DNA of 64,000 nt, taken from positions 512,001 through 576,000 of the forward strand of contig JBGAON010000001.1 in the NCBI GenBank assembly GCA_044221725.1, read 5' to 3'. Origin of the DNA: Elusimicrobiota bacterium. GTDB lineage: Bacteria; Elusimicrobiota; Elusimicrobia; F11. The notes beneath the pieces were generated by a model, which worked only from the letters and a program-made list of their open reading frames with translations, was not told the DNA's origin and searched no databases. The position numbers were made by a program, and so were the translations under genes. Shown here one piece after another: positions 9,492 through 20,049 of this stretch; the first letter of the stretch is position 1; each line of letters opens with the position of its first letter.

Positions 9492-11312
9492 ATGGCGCCA
9501 CAAGTTAAGCAACTATCCGAGGATTTGATCGCGCGCATCGCGGCCGGTGAAGTGGTGGAGCGGCCGGCTTCGGTCATCAAAGAGCTTGTCGAAAACAGTT
9601 TGGACGCGGGCTCCACGCACATCGCGGTTGTGATTGAAGGCGCGGGCCGAACGTTGATTCACGTGTCCGATAACGGCTGCGGAATGTCGAAGGAAGATGC
9701 GTTGCTCGCGTTGCGGCGGCACGCGACATCAAAAATCTCGAAGTTCGAAGATTTGGAAGCGCTCAATACCTTTGGGTTTCGGGGCGAAGCGTTGCCGAGC
9801 ATTGCGGCGGTATCGAAGCTCACGCTCACCACGCGCACCGCCGATGCGTCATCGGGTTGGGAATTCGTGATTGAAGGGGGAAAGCTCATCAGCGAAAAGC
9901 CGATCGCGCGCGAGCCGGGCACGACGATCGATGTGCGCGACATCTTCTTTAATACACCAGCGCGATTTAAATTTTTGAAATCCGATCCGACCGAGCGCGC
10001 CCAATGTTTGCGCGTCATGGAAGAAATGATTTTCTCGAGCACACACGTTACGTTCGAGTTGCAAACGGAGAAAGAAAAGCCGATTGTCTTCCGGGCGAAC
10101 AAGGAAAACGACGAGCGCCAGAAACCCGACGTCGTTAAGACGCGGCTTACCGAGGCCTGGGGGGCGCGGTGGGCCCGCAGTCTTCTGCCGGTCTTCAAGG
10201 CGGACAATCATTTCCGCGTGGCGGGTGTGGTCAGCAATCAAAGCGCGCATCAAACAACAACGCGGTATCAATTTCTCTACATCAATGGTCGCCCGGTTCA
10301 GAACCGCCGGCTTTCGCGCGCGATCTATGATGCGTACCAAGGTCAATTGCCGTCGTTGCGTCATCCTGCGTGGGCCTTGTTTCTGGACCTTGATCCCGCA
10401 ACAATCGATGTGAATGTTCATCCATCCAAGCGGGAAGTAAAAATTACGCACGAGTCCGAACTGTATGGATTTTTAAATTCGGCAATCAAAGCCGCGTTGC
10501 GAGGGGAATCCGCGCCAATGATTGAGCGCCGTGTCGCAAGTTTTCTTGCAGCGCCCGCGCCGAGTGTGCCCCTGGAACGACGTGCACCGCCTTCTTCGAC
10601 GCCATGGAACGTGGTCGTTCAGTCAAACACAAACCAGGTGTATAAGCCGCTTTCGTCGGTCGGGTCGTCGGCCGAGTCCGTCGATCCTTTGCCGGGGCTC
10701 GGAACATCGGAACCGCACGCCGATATTTCGGATTTGCGCGACCCGGAGCTCGTTGTTCTCGGACAAATTCGCAAAACGTATATCGTGGCTCAAACGCGCA
10801 ACGGACTTTTAATTGTGGATCAGCACGCGGCCGCAGAATGCGCCGCGTACGAACGATTGATGTTTAATCTCAAAGCCGAAAAGCGCCCCGTACAAATGTT
10901 GCTTGTGCCGTTCACGTGGGAAGTGGCCATGTCTCTTTTGCCGCAGGTGCAAGAAAATTTGGACGTGCTCGCGCGCATGGGTTTTGTGATTGAACCGTTT
11001 GGTGGTTCCACGTTTGTAATTAAAGGTGTGCCCGCACAGCTCCGCGAGAAATTTGATGTGCATTCGCTGATGGACGGTTTGAGCGATGAATTGGAGTCGC
11101 ACCACCGCGCGCGCGATTTGGATCATCGCCTTGCGGCGATGGCCGCGTGCAAAAGCTCGGTCAAAGCCGGTGACCCGCTCGACAATCAAGCGTGCGCCGC
11201 GATCATCAATCAACTCACTGTCTGCAATTCCCCGTTCACGTGCCCGCACGGACGTCCGACCGTGATCCGCACACCCTACACCGAACTCGACCGCCGCTTC
11301 CGCCGCGCCTAA
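9492..11312 (+). CDS. mutL: DNA mismatch repair protein MutL
   Basis: IAAGEVVERPAS, GFRGEAL, DVNVHPSK, endonuclease motifs DQHAAAE, ACK and CPHGRP. Confidence 0.98.
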   Translation: MAPQVKQLSEDLIARIAAGEVVERPASVIKELVENSLDAGSTHIAVVIEGAGRTLIHVSDNGCGMSKEDALLALRRHATSKISKFEDLEALNTFGFRGEALPSIAAVSKLTLTTRTADASSGWEFVIEGGKLISEKPIAREPGTTIDVRDIFFNTPARFKFLKSDPTERAQCLRVMEEMIFSSTHVTFELQTEKEKPIVFRANKENDERQKPDVVKTRLTEAWGARWARSLLPVFKADNHFRVAGVVSNQSAHQTTTRYQFLYINGRPVQNRRLSRAIYDAYQGQLPSLRHPAWALFLDLDPATIDVNVHPSKREVKITHESELYGFLNSAIKAALRGESAPMIERRVASFLAAPAPSVPLERRAPPSSTPWNVVVQSNTNQVYKPLSSVGSSAESVDPLPGLGTSEPHADISDLRDPELVVLGQIRKTYIVAQTRNGLLIVDQHAAAECAAYERLMFNLKAEKRPVQMLLVPFTWEVAMSLLPQVQENLDVLARMGFVIEPFGGSTFVIKGVPAQLREKFDVHSLMDGLSDELESHHRARDLDHRLAAMAACKSSVKAGDPLDNQACAAIINQLTVCNSPFTCPHGRPTVIRTPYTELDRRFRRA

Positions 11313-11337
11313 ATATTAGTTGGACCAATGATCCGGC

Positions 11338-12276
11338 CTAATGCTGGGCCAGCGCTGCTTCCCACCCGTCCACAACGTAGTCGATTATCGATTTCTTTTG
11401 AATTAGTTCGTTGATGTCCAATTCCGGATAACAATGTTGAATCCATTGCCGTTGGCGTTCGTTTGCGGAACCGAGGATGTTTGAATGGTCCACAAAAAAG
11501 GTTTCGATGTCTTGTTTGCTTAAACGGTACGGCTCTTTAAAAAACGTTGGGGCGGGGAGCTCGAGCGTGAAGAGACGATGGGATGTGTTTTTCGGTCCGT
11601 CGCTTAGTACCGTCGGCCAATGAATGTATCGCGCGATCGCTGGATTTCCCTGCACGCTTCGATTAAACGAGAGCTGTCCCATCGGCTGAAATTCCAATAA
11701 CTTATAGAAACCGTCGTGCTTCGGGTGGCAACATTCGACGACCAAATCTTTGTCGGTATTTAAACGAATGTAGTCCACCATTACGCGAATCAAGTGCAGA
11801 TTCATAATCAAACGTTCCGATTGTGACATCATTAATTCTCTCGACGTGACCTTTTCGCGATCGGTGGCAAACATCGACATTTCGACAGGTTTATGTCCTT
11901 TGTACCTTAGCTCATCGAGATCGAATCGAAACATGGAATCCATCGGCAACCCCAAGGGGCTGTCTTGAACGAGCGTCATTGTGGCAAGAACTCCGAAACG
12001 GCGGTGAAACGCGATAAAAGTGATCGTCGTCGGAAGAATTTGGAACAGTGAGAGTTTCCATCGATTGGCGTTCCGTTTAATATAGCCCGATTCCAAATAC
12101 TCCTGATAGACAAGTTCCGATGCCTGCAGCAATTCTTCTCGCGTTTGGACGGGACGAAATTCTATCTCGGGAAAATAGGTCGCGGCCGAGTTTGCAACCG
12201 AGCCGGGTATCTCGGGCCCATGTTTTAGATACCGCTTTGCATCAAACCGCCTGCCGATGAGAAATTTTTCGATCAC
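11338..12276 (-). CDS. FeeM-like N-acyl amino acid synthase (GNAT/LuxI-fold) domain protein
   Basis: LVYQEYLESGY, TMTLVQDSPLGLPMD, CHPKHDGFY..LEF pattern; start uncertain (GTG 12276 has GAGG 8 nt upstream). Confidence 0.7.
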   Translation of the reverse strand: MIEKFLIGRRFDAKRYLKHGPEIPGSVANSAATYFPEIEFRPVQTREELLQASELVYQEYLESGYIKRNANRWKLSLFQILPTTITFIAFHRRFGVLATMTLVQDSPLGLPMDSMFRFDLDELRYKGHKPVEMSMFATDREKVTSRELMMSQSERLIMNLHLIRVMVDYIRLNTDKDLVVECCHPKHDGFYKLLEFQPMGQLSFNRSVQGNPAIARYIHWPTVLSDGPKNTSHRLFTLELPAPTFFKEPYRLSKQDIETFFVDHSNILGSANERQRQWIQHCYPELDINELIQKKSIIDYVVDGWEAALAQH

Positions 12277-12394
12277 TGGAGAAACCTCGCTTTTGGATTC
12301 ATTCTTCTCTAAAGGGTTGCCTTGGATGGCTGACGTGCGCGTCCAGATATGTCTCAAAATCGTCGCAAATACGGAATCCCGCAGAGGAAACGCA

Positions 12395-13081
12395 TTGACA
12401 AAACAACGCATTTTCATCATCGATGACGAATCGGCGCTGTTAAAAGCCGTCGTTAAATCGCTCGAAAATGATGGTTTTATTGCTCTGATGGATCTGAGCC
12501 CCATCCGTGCCCTTCAGCGAATCAAGGCGGACCCGCCGGACCTCGTAGTCCTGGATATTTGCATGGACGAAATGAATGGACTCGACGTCTGTCGCGATCT
12601 GAAAAATGATCCGCGGACAAACGATTTGCCGATCATTATGGCCAGCGTAAAGTCGGAAGAAGCCGATATTGTCCTCGGCCTTGAGATGGGGGCCGACGAC
12701 TACATCCGTAAACCGCTTTTGGGGCGTGAGCTCGCTTCCCGCATTAAAGCGGTTCTTCGCCGAAAAAGTCCCCTGCTGGCCAGCCAAGAAATCAAAGCGG
12801 GGCCCTTGCGAATCGATCATCGCGCATACAAAGCCTTTATCGATGGCAAAGAGCTTTCGCTAACACCGAAGCAATTCGAGGTTTTGGCGTTTCTCGTGAG
12901 AAACGAAGGCCGTGTTTTGACGCGGGGAACCATTTCGAGCAACGTGTGGGGAGTGGACTTGTCGGGCACGTCGCGGGCGGTTGATAACGCGGTTGATCAA
13001 GTGCGGCGAAAATTGGGTCCCTATCGCGTTTGGATCAAGGGTTTAAAAGGTGTGGGTTACCGCTTTGAAACGGAAGCCTAA
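12395..13081 (+). CDS. OmpR/PhoB-family response regulator
   Basis: Receiver (IIDDE, LDICM, GADDYIRKP) plus winged helix (LTPKQFEVL, SRAVDNAV, GVGYRF); TTG start with AGAGGA SD. Confidence 0.92.
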   Translation: MTKQRIFIIDDESALLKAVVKSLENDGFIALMDLSPIRALQRIKADPPDLVVLDICMDEMNGLDVCRDLKNDPRTNDLPIIMASVKSEEADIVLGLEMGADDYIRKPLLGRELASRIKAVLRRKSPLLASQEIKAGPLRIDHRAYKAFIDGKELSLTPKQFEVLAFLVRNEGRVLTRGTISSNVWGVDLSGTSRAVDNAVDQVRRKLGPYRVWIKGLKGVGYRFETEA

Positions 13082-14418
13082 GCGACCAGAGGGAACCGAA
13101 TTCGAAAAATAGATCCGCCGCCCGGATTGTCTTCGATCCAAATGTTTCCGTTCTGACTTTCCATCAGTTCCTTCGAGATAAACAAACCAAGCCCGGTTCC
13201 TTTAACCGCCTTCGAGTTTGATTGGCTTCGGAAATATTTTTTGAAAACCTTTTCTTTATCCTCGTCAATGATTCCGGGGCCCGTGTCGCGCACGATCACT
13301 TCCGCTGCTGTTTTATTTTTACTCACCTCGATCGAGACACTGCCCTTTTGGGTGTATTTCAATGCGTTTGAAATGAGATTAACGAGAACGTGCAAAACTT
13401 TTTCTCGGTCCGCCCACGCAACAACGCTCGGTTCGGCCGCTTTCAATATCGCGGGGACGCCTTTTTCCTGACCGATCGGAGCGCAAATGTTGCGCGCTTC
13501 TTCGCAACACTCAACAAGATCCACTTCCGAGAAATCAAATTCTTCTTTGTGGGCCTCCAATTTCGATGCCGTTAAAAGGTCATCAATCAGACGCTCGAGT
13601 CGTCCAGAATTGTTTTGCGCGGCGATGAGCGGTTCCATTTGGGTCGCGGAGAGGGCGCCGTACAAGCCGTTCATGAGCACCGTGTGCATGCTTCGAATTC
13701 CCGCCAAAGGAGACCGAAGTTCATGCGTGATTCTCGAGAAGAACGATCGTTTCATTTCATCGAGCTCGCGCAGCTTCGCTATGGTGTCGTTCAATTGAAC
13801 AGCGAGCTGGCCAATTTCGTCGCTTCTGGGTTCCGCGGGGATTGGGTCGAGTTTCCCGGAGGAAACACGCTTCATTCCTTGAACGATGGCATCAATCGGG
13901 CGCGCGAGGCTCTTCGCGAGCAGGTGAGCGCCGATGAGACCGACAAGCATAACGATCAGCGCCACCAGCGCGGCGCGCTTCATCGCGTTTCTCGCCTCGT
14001 GCCACAGGAATTGATTGACCTCTGTTGGTCGGAACAAAAGATGAGACTTTCCGATGATTTGTTGCCCCACGCGAACATCTTCCTGGAGGTCGAGGGTGGA
14101 CGTGTTGGCCGTCCATTGTTTGTTGATCCGTGACGGTGACGAATCGAGCCGAATGATGCCGCCGTTATCAACGAACGACGCGCTTTCAAATCCTCGTTCT
14201 TGTTTCAAAGTGGAAACAAAATTCAGAAAAATGAGATCGCTTTGGTACAGCGCTTCTTCGGAAGCCCGCGCCAATCGAATCGATAAGTTTCGCTGCGATT
14301 GGTGAAGTTCGGCCCGAAGCGTGCGGATTTCGATGAAAGTCATAAACGAGCTTACGGTCAAAATTCCGATAAGAAGAAGAGAGCTAATCCAGATGAAAAA
14401 TCGGGTCCTTAATTTCAT
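13078..14418 (-). CDS. Membrane sensor histidine kinase (TM-periplasmic-TM-HAMP-HisKA-HATPase)
   Basis: THELRSPL H-box, NLISNALKYT, DTGPGI, GTGLGL; start overlaps the upstream stop (ATGA 14415-14418). Confidence 0.95.
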   Translation of the reverse strand: MKLRTRFFIWISSLLLIGILTVSSFMTFIEIRTLRAELHQSQRNLSIRLARASEEALYQSDLIFLNFVSTLKQERGFESASFVDNGGIIRLDSSPSRINKQWTANTSTLDLQEDVRVGQQIIGKSHLLFRPTEVNQFLWHEARNAMKRAALVALIVMLVGLIGAHLLAKSLARPIDAIVQGMKRVSSGKLDPIPAEPRSDEIGQLAVQLNDTIAKLRELDEMKRSFFSRITHELRSPLAGIRSMHTVLMNGLYGALSATQMEPLIAAQNNSGRLERLIDDLLTASKLEAHKEEFDFSEVDLVECCEEARNICAPIGQEKGVPAILKAAEPSVVAWADREKVLHVLVNLISNALKYTQKGSVSIEVSKNKTAAEVIVRDTGPGIIDEDKEKVFKKYFRSQSNSKAVKGTGLGLFISKELMESQNGNIWIEDNPGGGSIFRIRFPLVA

Positions 14419-16220
14419 CGTTCTATGAACACCTTCTTCTTGAAGGTCTGGGTGCCGCTTGTAGTGGTGATTTTGATAAGCGCATAGTAAACGCCGGGTG
14501 TTACGCCTCTCGCATCCCATTCCGAAAATTGTTGCAGGCCCGCGGCCTTGTCCTCGCTCAATTCCTTTGTTAGTTGCCCAATTTCATCGATAATTCGGAT
14601 GTCGATTGTCCCTGCGTTGTCCATGTCATACATGAACCGCACAGTGTCTTTCGCTGGTTGCGGGTAAATGAGCAGTCCGTCGGCGGTTGAATCGGTTGAA
14701 CTGAAAGTTTGCGATTGCGTATTTCTGACCGAAACGCCCAAATCGAGTGTCTGTGAAACATCCCATGTCACATCGTCTTGCGTCAAAGCAAATTGGCATG
14801 TCGCGCTCGTGCGAGGATGCTTGGATGCCGTGATGCAGACGATATACCTGTCTCCGTCTCTGACATCGAGAACATATCCCGTTGGAGTGCTCCAATAAAT
14901 GCCGTCCTCGGATGGCACGAGATCCGTGAGCTTTGCGAGGGGCTGCAACAATCGGGAATCGTAGAGAAACAATGTTGCGGACGCGATGTCCGTTCTGTTT
15001 TGGGCGGACCCGAGATTGCGAAATCGTAAATTCCGAGCGCGTTCCTGGTCGTTGACCTCAACCGAGAAATCGAGGACCGGCTGATTTGCTTCACCAGGAT
15101 TTAATTTGGCGTTAAGGGGGCCATTGGTGGTGGCGCTTATTATGCCTTCCTTCAAGATCAATAAGCGTCCCGAAACCACAATCGAGAGATCCTTGAACGT
15201 GATATACGACCCCGGCGAGGCCTGGAACCGATTTGCGTCCGGAAGGTTGAGATCGGCTACGGCCCAACTCTGCGAACCGTTAACGGTTGTGGGCGGCGTT
15301 GTTTGAGCGCACGGGAGGGCCGTTGGTGAGAAGGCATACAACCGATTGTTCAAAGTGGCGAGTTGTGGAATGGGCAGCGCATTGCCGCCACTCGGAACAA
15401 TCGAAAAAGAAAATGCGCTTGTGCCGTCGGTGATCATGGACCCCCCAACGCTGCTCCAATAGAGCCATCCGTTCGACTCTGCCAGGTTCATGTATCCGGC
15501 ACGAAAGGATGTATTTTGCAGGTTCTGATCGGTGGCTATGATTTTTGTCCAATTAACGAGGTCCGGTGATTTCCAAACTCCGAACCGTTGAACGAGAGGT
15601 GCTGTCGAGATTGTTTGCGCTGTCATCAGATAAAGATCGGATTTGTACGCGCGAAACCGAGGCGATTCAAGCGGATTGCCCGGGATGTTTATCGAAACCG
15701 AGGTCCAGTGAGGCGTCGCTGTTTCATCGAATCTCCATAGGTCGCCGCGATACCCCACAGCGTACAGCGAGTCGTTGAATGAAAACACATCTCTCCAGCT
15801 GTCGGTCAGTCCACCCACTGTTAACGGAAATTCTGAGCTGTCCATGCGCGTCCATTGATTTCCGTCTGATGTTCGGTACACCCGGCGATCGTTGTTCGGC
15901 GGAGTGCTGGAATCGTCAATGAACGCGTAAAGGAATCCACCAAAGGCTTTCAACATGGTTGGATTACCGGCTTGTTGCGCAACCACAACGGTTGTCCAGG
16001 TAACCCCATCGATGGATTTTTTTACTGTGGTTCGGGTCAGCGAATCGGGCGATGAGATGCCAGCGTAGATGGCGTTCGAAAAGGTTTCTATTGTCGTTGG
16101 ATAACCATCCGGATAGCCAAAGTCTTTGGTCGTCCAGTGAGTTGCAGCGCCTGCCTTCAAAGACATTCCAACGCAGAGCGTCGCTAATAATATTCGCCGA
16201 AACTTTAAGAGCGCACTCAT
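14415..16220 (-). CDS. Secreted beta-propeller/Ig protein with T9SS type-A-like CTD (cargo 1)
   Basis: Signal peptide; Asp-box-like repeats KSIDGVTW, RTSDGNQW, KSPDLVNW; C-terminus IYPQPAK...WDARGVTPGVYY...KKKVFIER. Confidence 0.8.
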   Translation of the reverse strand: MSALLKFRRILLATLCVGMSLKAGAATHWTTKDFGYPDGYPTTIETFSNAIYAGISSPDSLTRTTVKKSIDGVTWTTVVVAQQAGNPTMLKAFGGFLYAFIDDSSTPPNNDRRVYRTSDGNQWTRMDSSEFPLTVGGLTDSWRDVFSFNDSLYAVGYRGDLWRFDETATPHWTSVSINIPGNPLESPRFRAYKSDLYLMTAQTISTAPLVQRFGVWKSPDLVNWTKIIATDQNLQNTSFRAGYMNLAESNGWLYWSSVGGSMITDGTSAFSFSIVPSGGNALPIPQLATLNNRLYAFSPTALPCAQTTPPTTVNGSQSWAVADLNLPDANRFQASPGSYITFKDLSIVVSGRLLILKEGIISATTNGPLNAKLNPGEANQPVLDFSVEVNDQERARNLRFRNLGSAQNRTDIASATLFLYDSRLLQPLAKLTDLVPSEDGIYWSTPTGYVLDVRDGDRYIVCITASKHPRTSATCQFALTQDDVTWDVSQTLDLGVSVRNTQSQTFSSTDSTADGLLIYPQPAKDTVRFMYDMDNAGTIDIRIIDEIGQLTKELSEDKAAGLQQFSEWDARGVTPGVYYALIKITTTSGTQTFKKKVFIER

Positions 16221-17782
16221 TTGGACTTGTCTCCCTGCCCGGCCATTTCCGCTTCGACCCGTTTCAAATTGTTCTGAATTCGAATATTGCTGGGGTCCAG
16301 TCGCGCAGCTTCCTTCCACAGTTCCCATGCACGTGAGAGTTGCCCCACGATGTAAGCGTTTAAGGCGTCGGCATTCAGTTCATCCACCTTTTGAAGTGTG
16401 GCGGAATCGGCCGTTTTTGTTAGGTGTTGTTTTTCTTTTGCGGCGCGGAGCCCAGCAATCGCATCGCTGTTGCCGGCGTCCAGTTGAAGAATTTTCTCCC
16501 AGGTGCGGATGGCTCGATCAATTTCACCCATCGCGTAAAGCGTGTAAGCCTGTTGCTGCAGTTGATCGAGGCGACCGATTTCATGGTTCTTATCTTTGCG
16601 TTTGGAAACATTCGTCTGCGCTTCCTTTTGTGATTGGCGCCGAAGTTTGTCCGCGATCGCGTGGCGGGTTTCGTTCATTTTTTTCTGGCACTCGTCGCAT
16701 GCGGGGTCCCATGCGGCAGCGGAGGTGAAATACTGTTCCGCCGTTTCCAGATGATTGTTTTTCAGCTCCTGTTGGCCCCGCTGGAAATTTTCCGAGGCTT
16801 TGGCTTTCATTCGGTCGTTTATCGTCGCATCGAGATTTCTCGCGGCATTTTCTCGTTCCTGATGGGTTAATCCAAACGACGTTGTTAAAGCAAAGCGATG
16901 TTCATCTCCAAAATCGCCGAGAGGTATCCATGCGTAATCAATTTTCCAGCCTTTCACCTTAACACCGGCGCCGAAGGAAAAACCGGCGATGACATCGTGG
17001 CGGTCTTTGCTTGAGTCAAAGCCGCCGCGCAGGTGAAATGAGGATTGGGTCCATTCGAGTCCTGTTCGGGAAGCAAGCGCTGATTTTGAGGATTTTTCCA
17101 ACTCCGAATAGAGCGCGAGAGAACTGCGCGCTTTCGCTAAAAGATTTAGGCCCACTCCAATGACGCCGGAGACCGGTAACGGGCCGTTGTCGGATGATGG
17201 GCCAAGGTTCCGAATCGCGATGCCAATATTTGTTTTAGGAAGTATGTCACGCAGAAGAATGCCGCCATCGGCGGCAAAGCTCGTGGTAGTTCTTTCGTAT
17301 CGTTGGTTGGTCCAAGACTTAAGAGAAAATCCCACGCCCGTGTGGTTGATTTGTCGTGACCATCCGATATCCGTACGAAATGTGCGGTACTGAAAATTGC
17401 CGAGACCGGTCACCGGGTCTCCCGCATCGTCGATGCCAGTCCGTTTTCCGGTTCCGTAATCAATGAATTGAAACGAACCGAACAATTTGTCTTCACCGGA
17501 GCGAATACCGCCGCCGATCGAAGTTCGTTTTGTGTCGAACAGCGCCTGATCGTATGAAAGAGCAAGTTCCGGAATTTCGAGACCGCTCGTTGCAGCGGGG
17601 TTTGAAAAAAGCGAAGAAACTCCTCCTTCTTTTGCTGCTTGAGAGCCACCCAGCGCAGCCATTTCCACCGACGGGGATCGTTTCAAAAACACATTCGCTT
17701 CGCGGCCTCCATTCGCGGACGCGCGTGCCGTGAAAATCAGAACGAAACACAAAACGTAATTGATGAGCTCGGAATTTCGCAT
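16217..17782 (-). CDS. PorV/FadL-like outer-membrane barrel with C-terminal TPR region (barrel 1)
   Basis: FLKRSPSVEMAALGG...LFSNPAA plug motif; barrel ends IDYAWIPLGDFGDEHRFAL; TPR helices (AIRTWEKILQLDAGN, WKEAARLDPSN). Confidence 0.8.
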   Translation of the reverse strand: MRNSELINYVLCFVLIFTARASANGGREANVFLKRSPSVEMAALGGSQAAKEGGVSSLFSNPAATSGLEIPELALSYDQALFDTKRTSIGGGIRSGEDKLFGSFQFIDYGTGKRTGIDDAGDPVTGLGNFQYRTFRTDIGWSRQINHTGVGFSLKSWTNQRYERTTTSFAADGGILLRDILPKTNIGIAIRNLGPSSDNGPLPVSGVIGVGLNLLAKARSSLALYSELEKSSKSALASRTGLEWTQSSFHLRGGFDSSKDRHDVIAGFSFGAGVKVKGWKIDYAWIPLGDFGDEHRFALTTSFGLTHQERENAARNLDATINDRMKAKASENFQRGQQELKNNHLETAEQYFTSAAAWDPACDECQKKMNETRHAIADKLRRQSQKEAQTNVSKRKDKNHEIGRLDQLQQQAYTLYAMGEIDRAIRTWEKILQLDAGNSDAIAGLRAAKEKQHLTKTADSATLQKVDELNADALNAYIVGQLSRAWELWKEAARLDPSNIRIQNNLKRVEAEMAGQGDKSK

Positions 17783-17945
17783 GGTTGTTGGCAACGATGG
17801 CTATAGGAAGCGTAATCCCGCTCGGAACAGCGATCAACGCTTTATTTAAGAAATGGTTATTGATTTAATTCAAAAATCGCATTGAATATTCTTCCGGAAC
17901 TCGTCAAGTAACAGAATCGTTCAAAAACTGTCGTCGGGAGGGAAA

Positions 17946-18782
17946 ATGGCCAAGCAAAGCAGTGCTGAGTCTGTTTCATCCGATGTGTATTCGGCCGATT
18001 ATTATTTGCAACGGTGTGGGGGCGTCGAATTCTTCCACCTGTACAAAGATGAGATTTTAAAGCCCGCTATTCAGTTGGCGGTGAAACGCGCGGAATTGGA
18101 AGTCGGCATGAAAATACTTGATGTCGGCTGCGGGCGTGGTGAGTTGGTGGCGCATCTTTCGAAACGTGGGTTTGATGCGATGGGCGTCGATTATTCGGCG
18201 GACGCTATACGCCTCGCGAACGAATATTTTCCCGGAGCGCGGTTTCTGTGTGGGGATCTTCGTGAGCTGAACTTCGACGATGCTTCGTTTGACAGAATCT
18301 TTTTCCTCGGCGTTATCGAGCACTTAACCGATGAGCAGATTGCACAAGCGCTGAATGAGTTTCGCCGATTGTTAAAACCAGGCGGCATGGTGATCATGAC
18401 CACCTGCACAAATTCCCTTTATTACAAGACGTGGACGTACGACTTACGGCGAGGGTTCGTAAAATTTGCCGAGCGGATAGGCATTCGGCTCAAACCGCCA
18501 TCGCCACCGCGAACGGAAGAAGACGTCGCGATGCACGTGAACGAAAAAAATGTTTTTTCATTAAAGCGTCATTTCACGGAAGACGCTTGGTTCGTAAACG
18601 TGGAACCGCGTTTGAATTCCAAGCTTTGCTACGACGAAATATACGGCGACGTTTCGCGGGCAAATTTTCCGCTGAAGCGTGCTTCTGTTGCGCGGCAATT
18701 TTTGTACAAAGCGATGATGATTGTTCCTTTGCTTGGACTTCTCATTACACGATTCAATATGGTTATTCTGCGATTGAGGTAA
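17946..18782 (+). CDS. Class I SAM-dependent methyltransferase
   Basis: ILDVGCGRG, GVDYS, FDRI, VIEHL, LLKPGG. Confidence 0.9.
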   Translation: MAKQSSAESVSSDVYSADYYLQRCGGVEFFHLYKDEILKPAIQLAVKRAELEVGMKILDVGCGRGELVAHLSKRGFDAMGVDYSADAIRLANEYFPGARFLCGDLRELNFDDASFDRIFFLGVIEHLTDEQIAQALNEFRRLLKPGGMVIMTTCTNSLYYKTWTYDLRRGFVKFAERIGIRLKPPSPPRTEEDVAMHVNEKNVFSLKRHFTEDAWFVNVEPRLNSKLCYDEIYGDVSRANFPLKRASVARQFLYKAMMIVPLLGLLITRFNMVILRLR

Positions 18783-18846
18783 ACTAAAAATGGGATCTTC
18801 GACAGGTGTCGCGACGGATATCGTCGAGCGAGTTAAATCAAAATAA

Positions 18847-19512
18847 GTGATTTCCAAATTACCGCGGTGGGTGTGGATTGGTGCCGGCGTTCTCGCGTTC
18901 ATTGCCGGTCTTATTAATGTGGTCGGACTCCTCGGGTTCGAACACGAAACCGTCACGCATCTCACCGGAAATACTTCTCGACTCGCCGAGGCCATTGCAA
19001 ATTTGAACATTGGAGCCATCCATCATCTTTTCTGTTTGATTGGCGCGTTTGTGGCGGGCACCGTGATCAGTGGATTTGTGATCAAAGACAGTGCGTTGCA
19101 GCTCGATCACAATTACAGCGTGGTGTTGATGCTGGAATCATTGTTTCTGTTTGTTTCGGTGCCGCTCATGCGGCATTCCTACGCGTTTGGCATGTACACA
19201 GCCGCGTGCGCGTGCGGTCTGCAAAACGCGATGATGACCACCTACAGCGGCGCCGTCGTGCGCACGACGCACGTGTCCGGCATGTTCACCGATCTTGGAA
19301 TTTCGTTGGGCCATTTGATGCGTGGTTTGCCGATCAATCGACGGCGGCTGGCGTTGTGCTTGGTCGTCATCGCGGGTTTTTTAGCGGGCGGAATTTTTGG
19401 AACGTTGATTTTTCACAAGTACGATTACGGAGCGCTTTATTTCCCAGCGGTTCTCACCATCGTTATTTCGTTGACCTATCAGCTGTACCGACGCCGACAA
19501 AGCGCCGCATAA
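18847..19512 (+). CDS. YoaK/DUF1275 membrane protein
   Basis: THLTGN, GLQNAM, VVRTTHVSGMFTDLG. Confidence 0.9.
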   Translation: MISKLPRWVWIGAGVLAFIAGLINVVGLLGFEHETVTHLTGNTSRLAEAIANLNIGAIHHLFCLIGAFVAGTVISGFVIKDSALQLDHNYSVVLMLESLFLFVSVPLMRHSYAFGMYTAACACGLQNAMMTTYSGAVVRTTHVSGMFTDLGISLGHLMRGLPINRRRLALCLVVIAGFLAGGIFGTLIFHKYDYGALYFPAVLTIVISLTYQLYRRRQSAA

Positions 19513-19530
19513 AAAAGCCATCCGCCGCGT

Positions 19531-19917
19531 CTACCCCATTACTTTGTTTAAGCAGTCGCTGTACCGGCTTCCAACATTTTTTATTCTTTCCGACAACAAC
19601 AGAATCTGTTCTTCGATATCGGGAATAACATCCGTGGCACCAATTTCTATGAGATAGGAGCGCTGCTCTTGTAATTTGCTTAGTTCGCCTTTAAGCCGCC
19701 AGTAAAGGTCGCGCAAATTGTCGCAATCGCCGTTGGGTGCCGGAGGTGTTGCCGGAGGAGGCGGCGCGGGTGGTGCGGGTGGCCAGTTGCCGGGAGCGAT
19801 GTTTAAATCTGGTGCGATTCTTTGAGTTCCGTCTACTTCGGTCATTTCTGCTTTTGACACTGAAGCTCCGGCGATAAGCGCCACTGCCATCAAAACCATG
19901 CTGTATTTTTTCTTCAT
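19531..19917 (-). CDS. Small secreted hypothetical protein with Pro-rich linker and Cys-bracketed helical hairpin
   Basis: GGAG SD, signal MKKKYSMVLMAVALIAGASVSKA, PPAPPAPPPPATPPAP, CDNL...YSDC. Confidence 0.7.
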   Translation of the reverse strand: MKKKYSMVLMAVALIAGASVSKAEMTEVDGTQRIAPDLNIAPGNWPPAPPAPPPPATPPAPNGDCDNLRDLYWRLKGELSKLQEQRSYLIEIGATDVIPDIEEQILLLSERIKNVGSRYSDCLNKVMG

Positions 19918-19987
19918 ATCTATCTCCAATTGATCGTTATTGCCGGATTTCGAGAGGGAAATATTTGAGCGGCAACCATCCATAGAT

Positions 19988-20004
19988 ATGCAACGACTCG
20001 GCCG
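19988..20004 (-). promoter_or_regulatory. Sigma54-like -24/-12 motif
   Basis: Minus strand CGGCCGAGTCGTTGCAT (GG-N10-GC) upstream of 19917. Confidence 0.4.
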
Positions 20005-20049
20005 GGTTAGGGTGGGGTAATAATAGGAAGGACGGCTAGATAACTGCGG

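Noticed and set aside
12257..12504. Apparent head-to-head overlap of the FeeM-like gene and the response regulator
   Set aside because: An artefact of longest-ORF starts; SD-supported starts at 12276(-) and 12395(+) remove the overlap.
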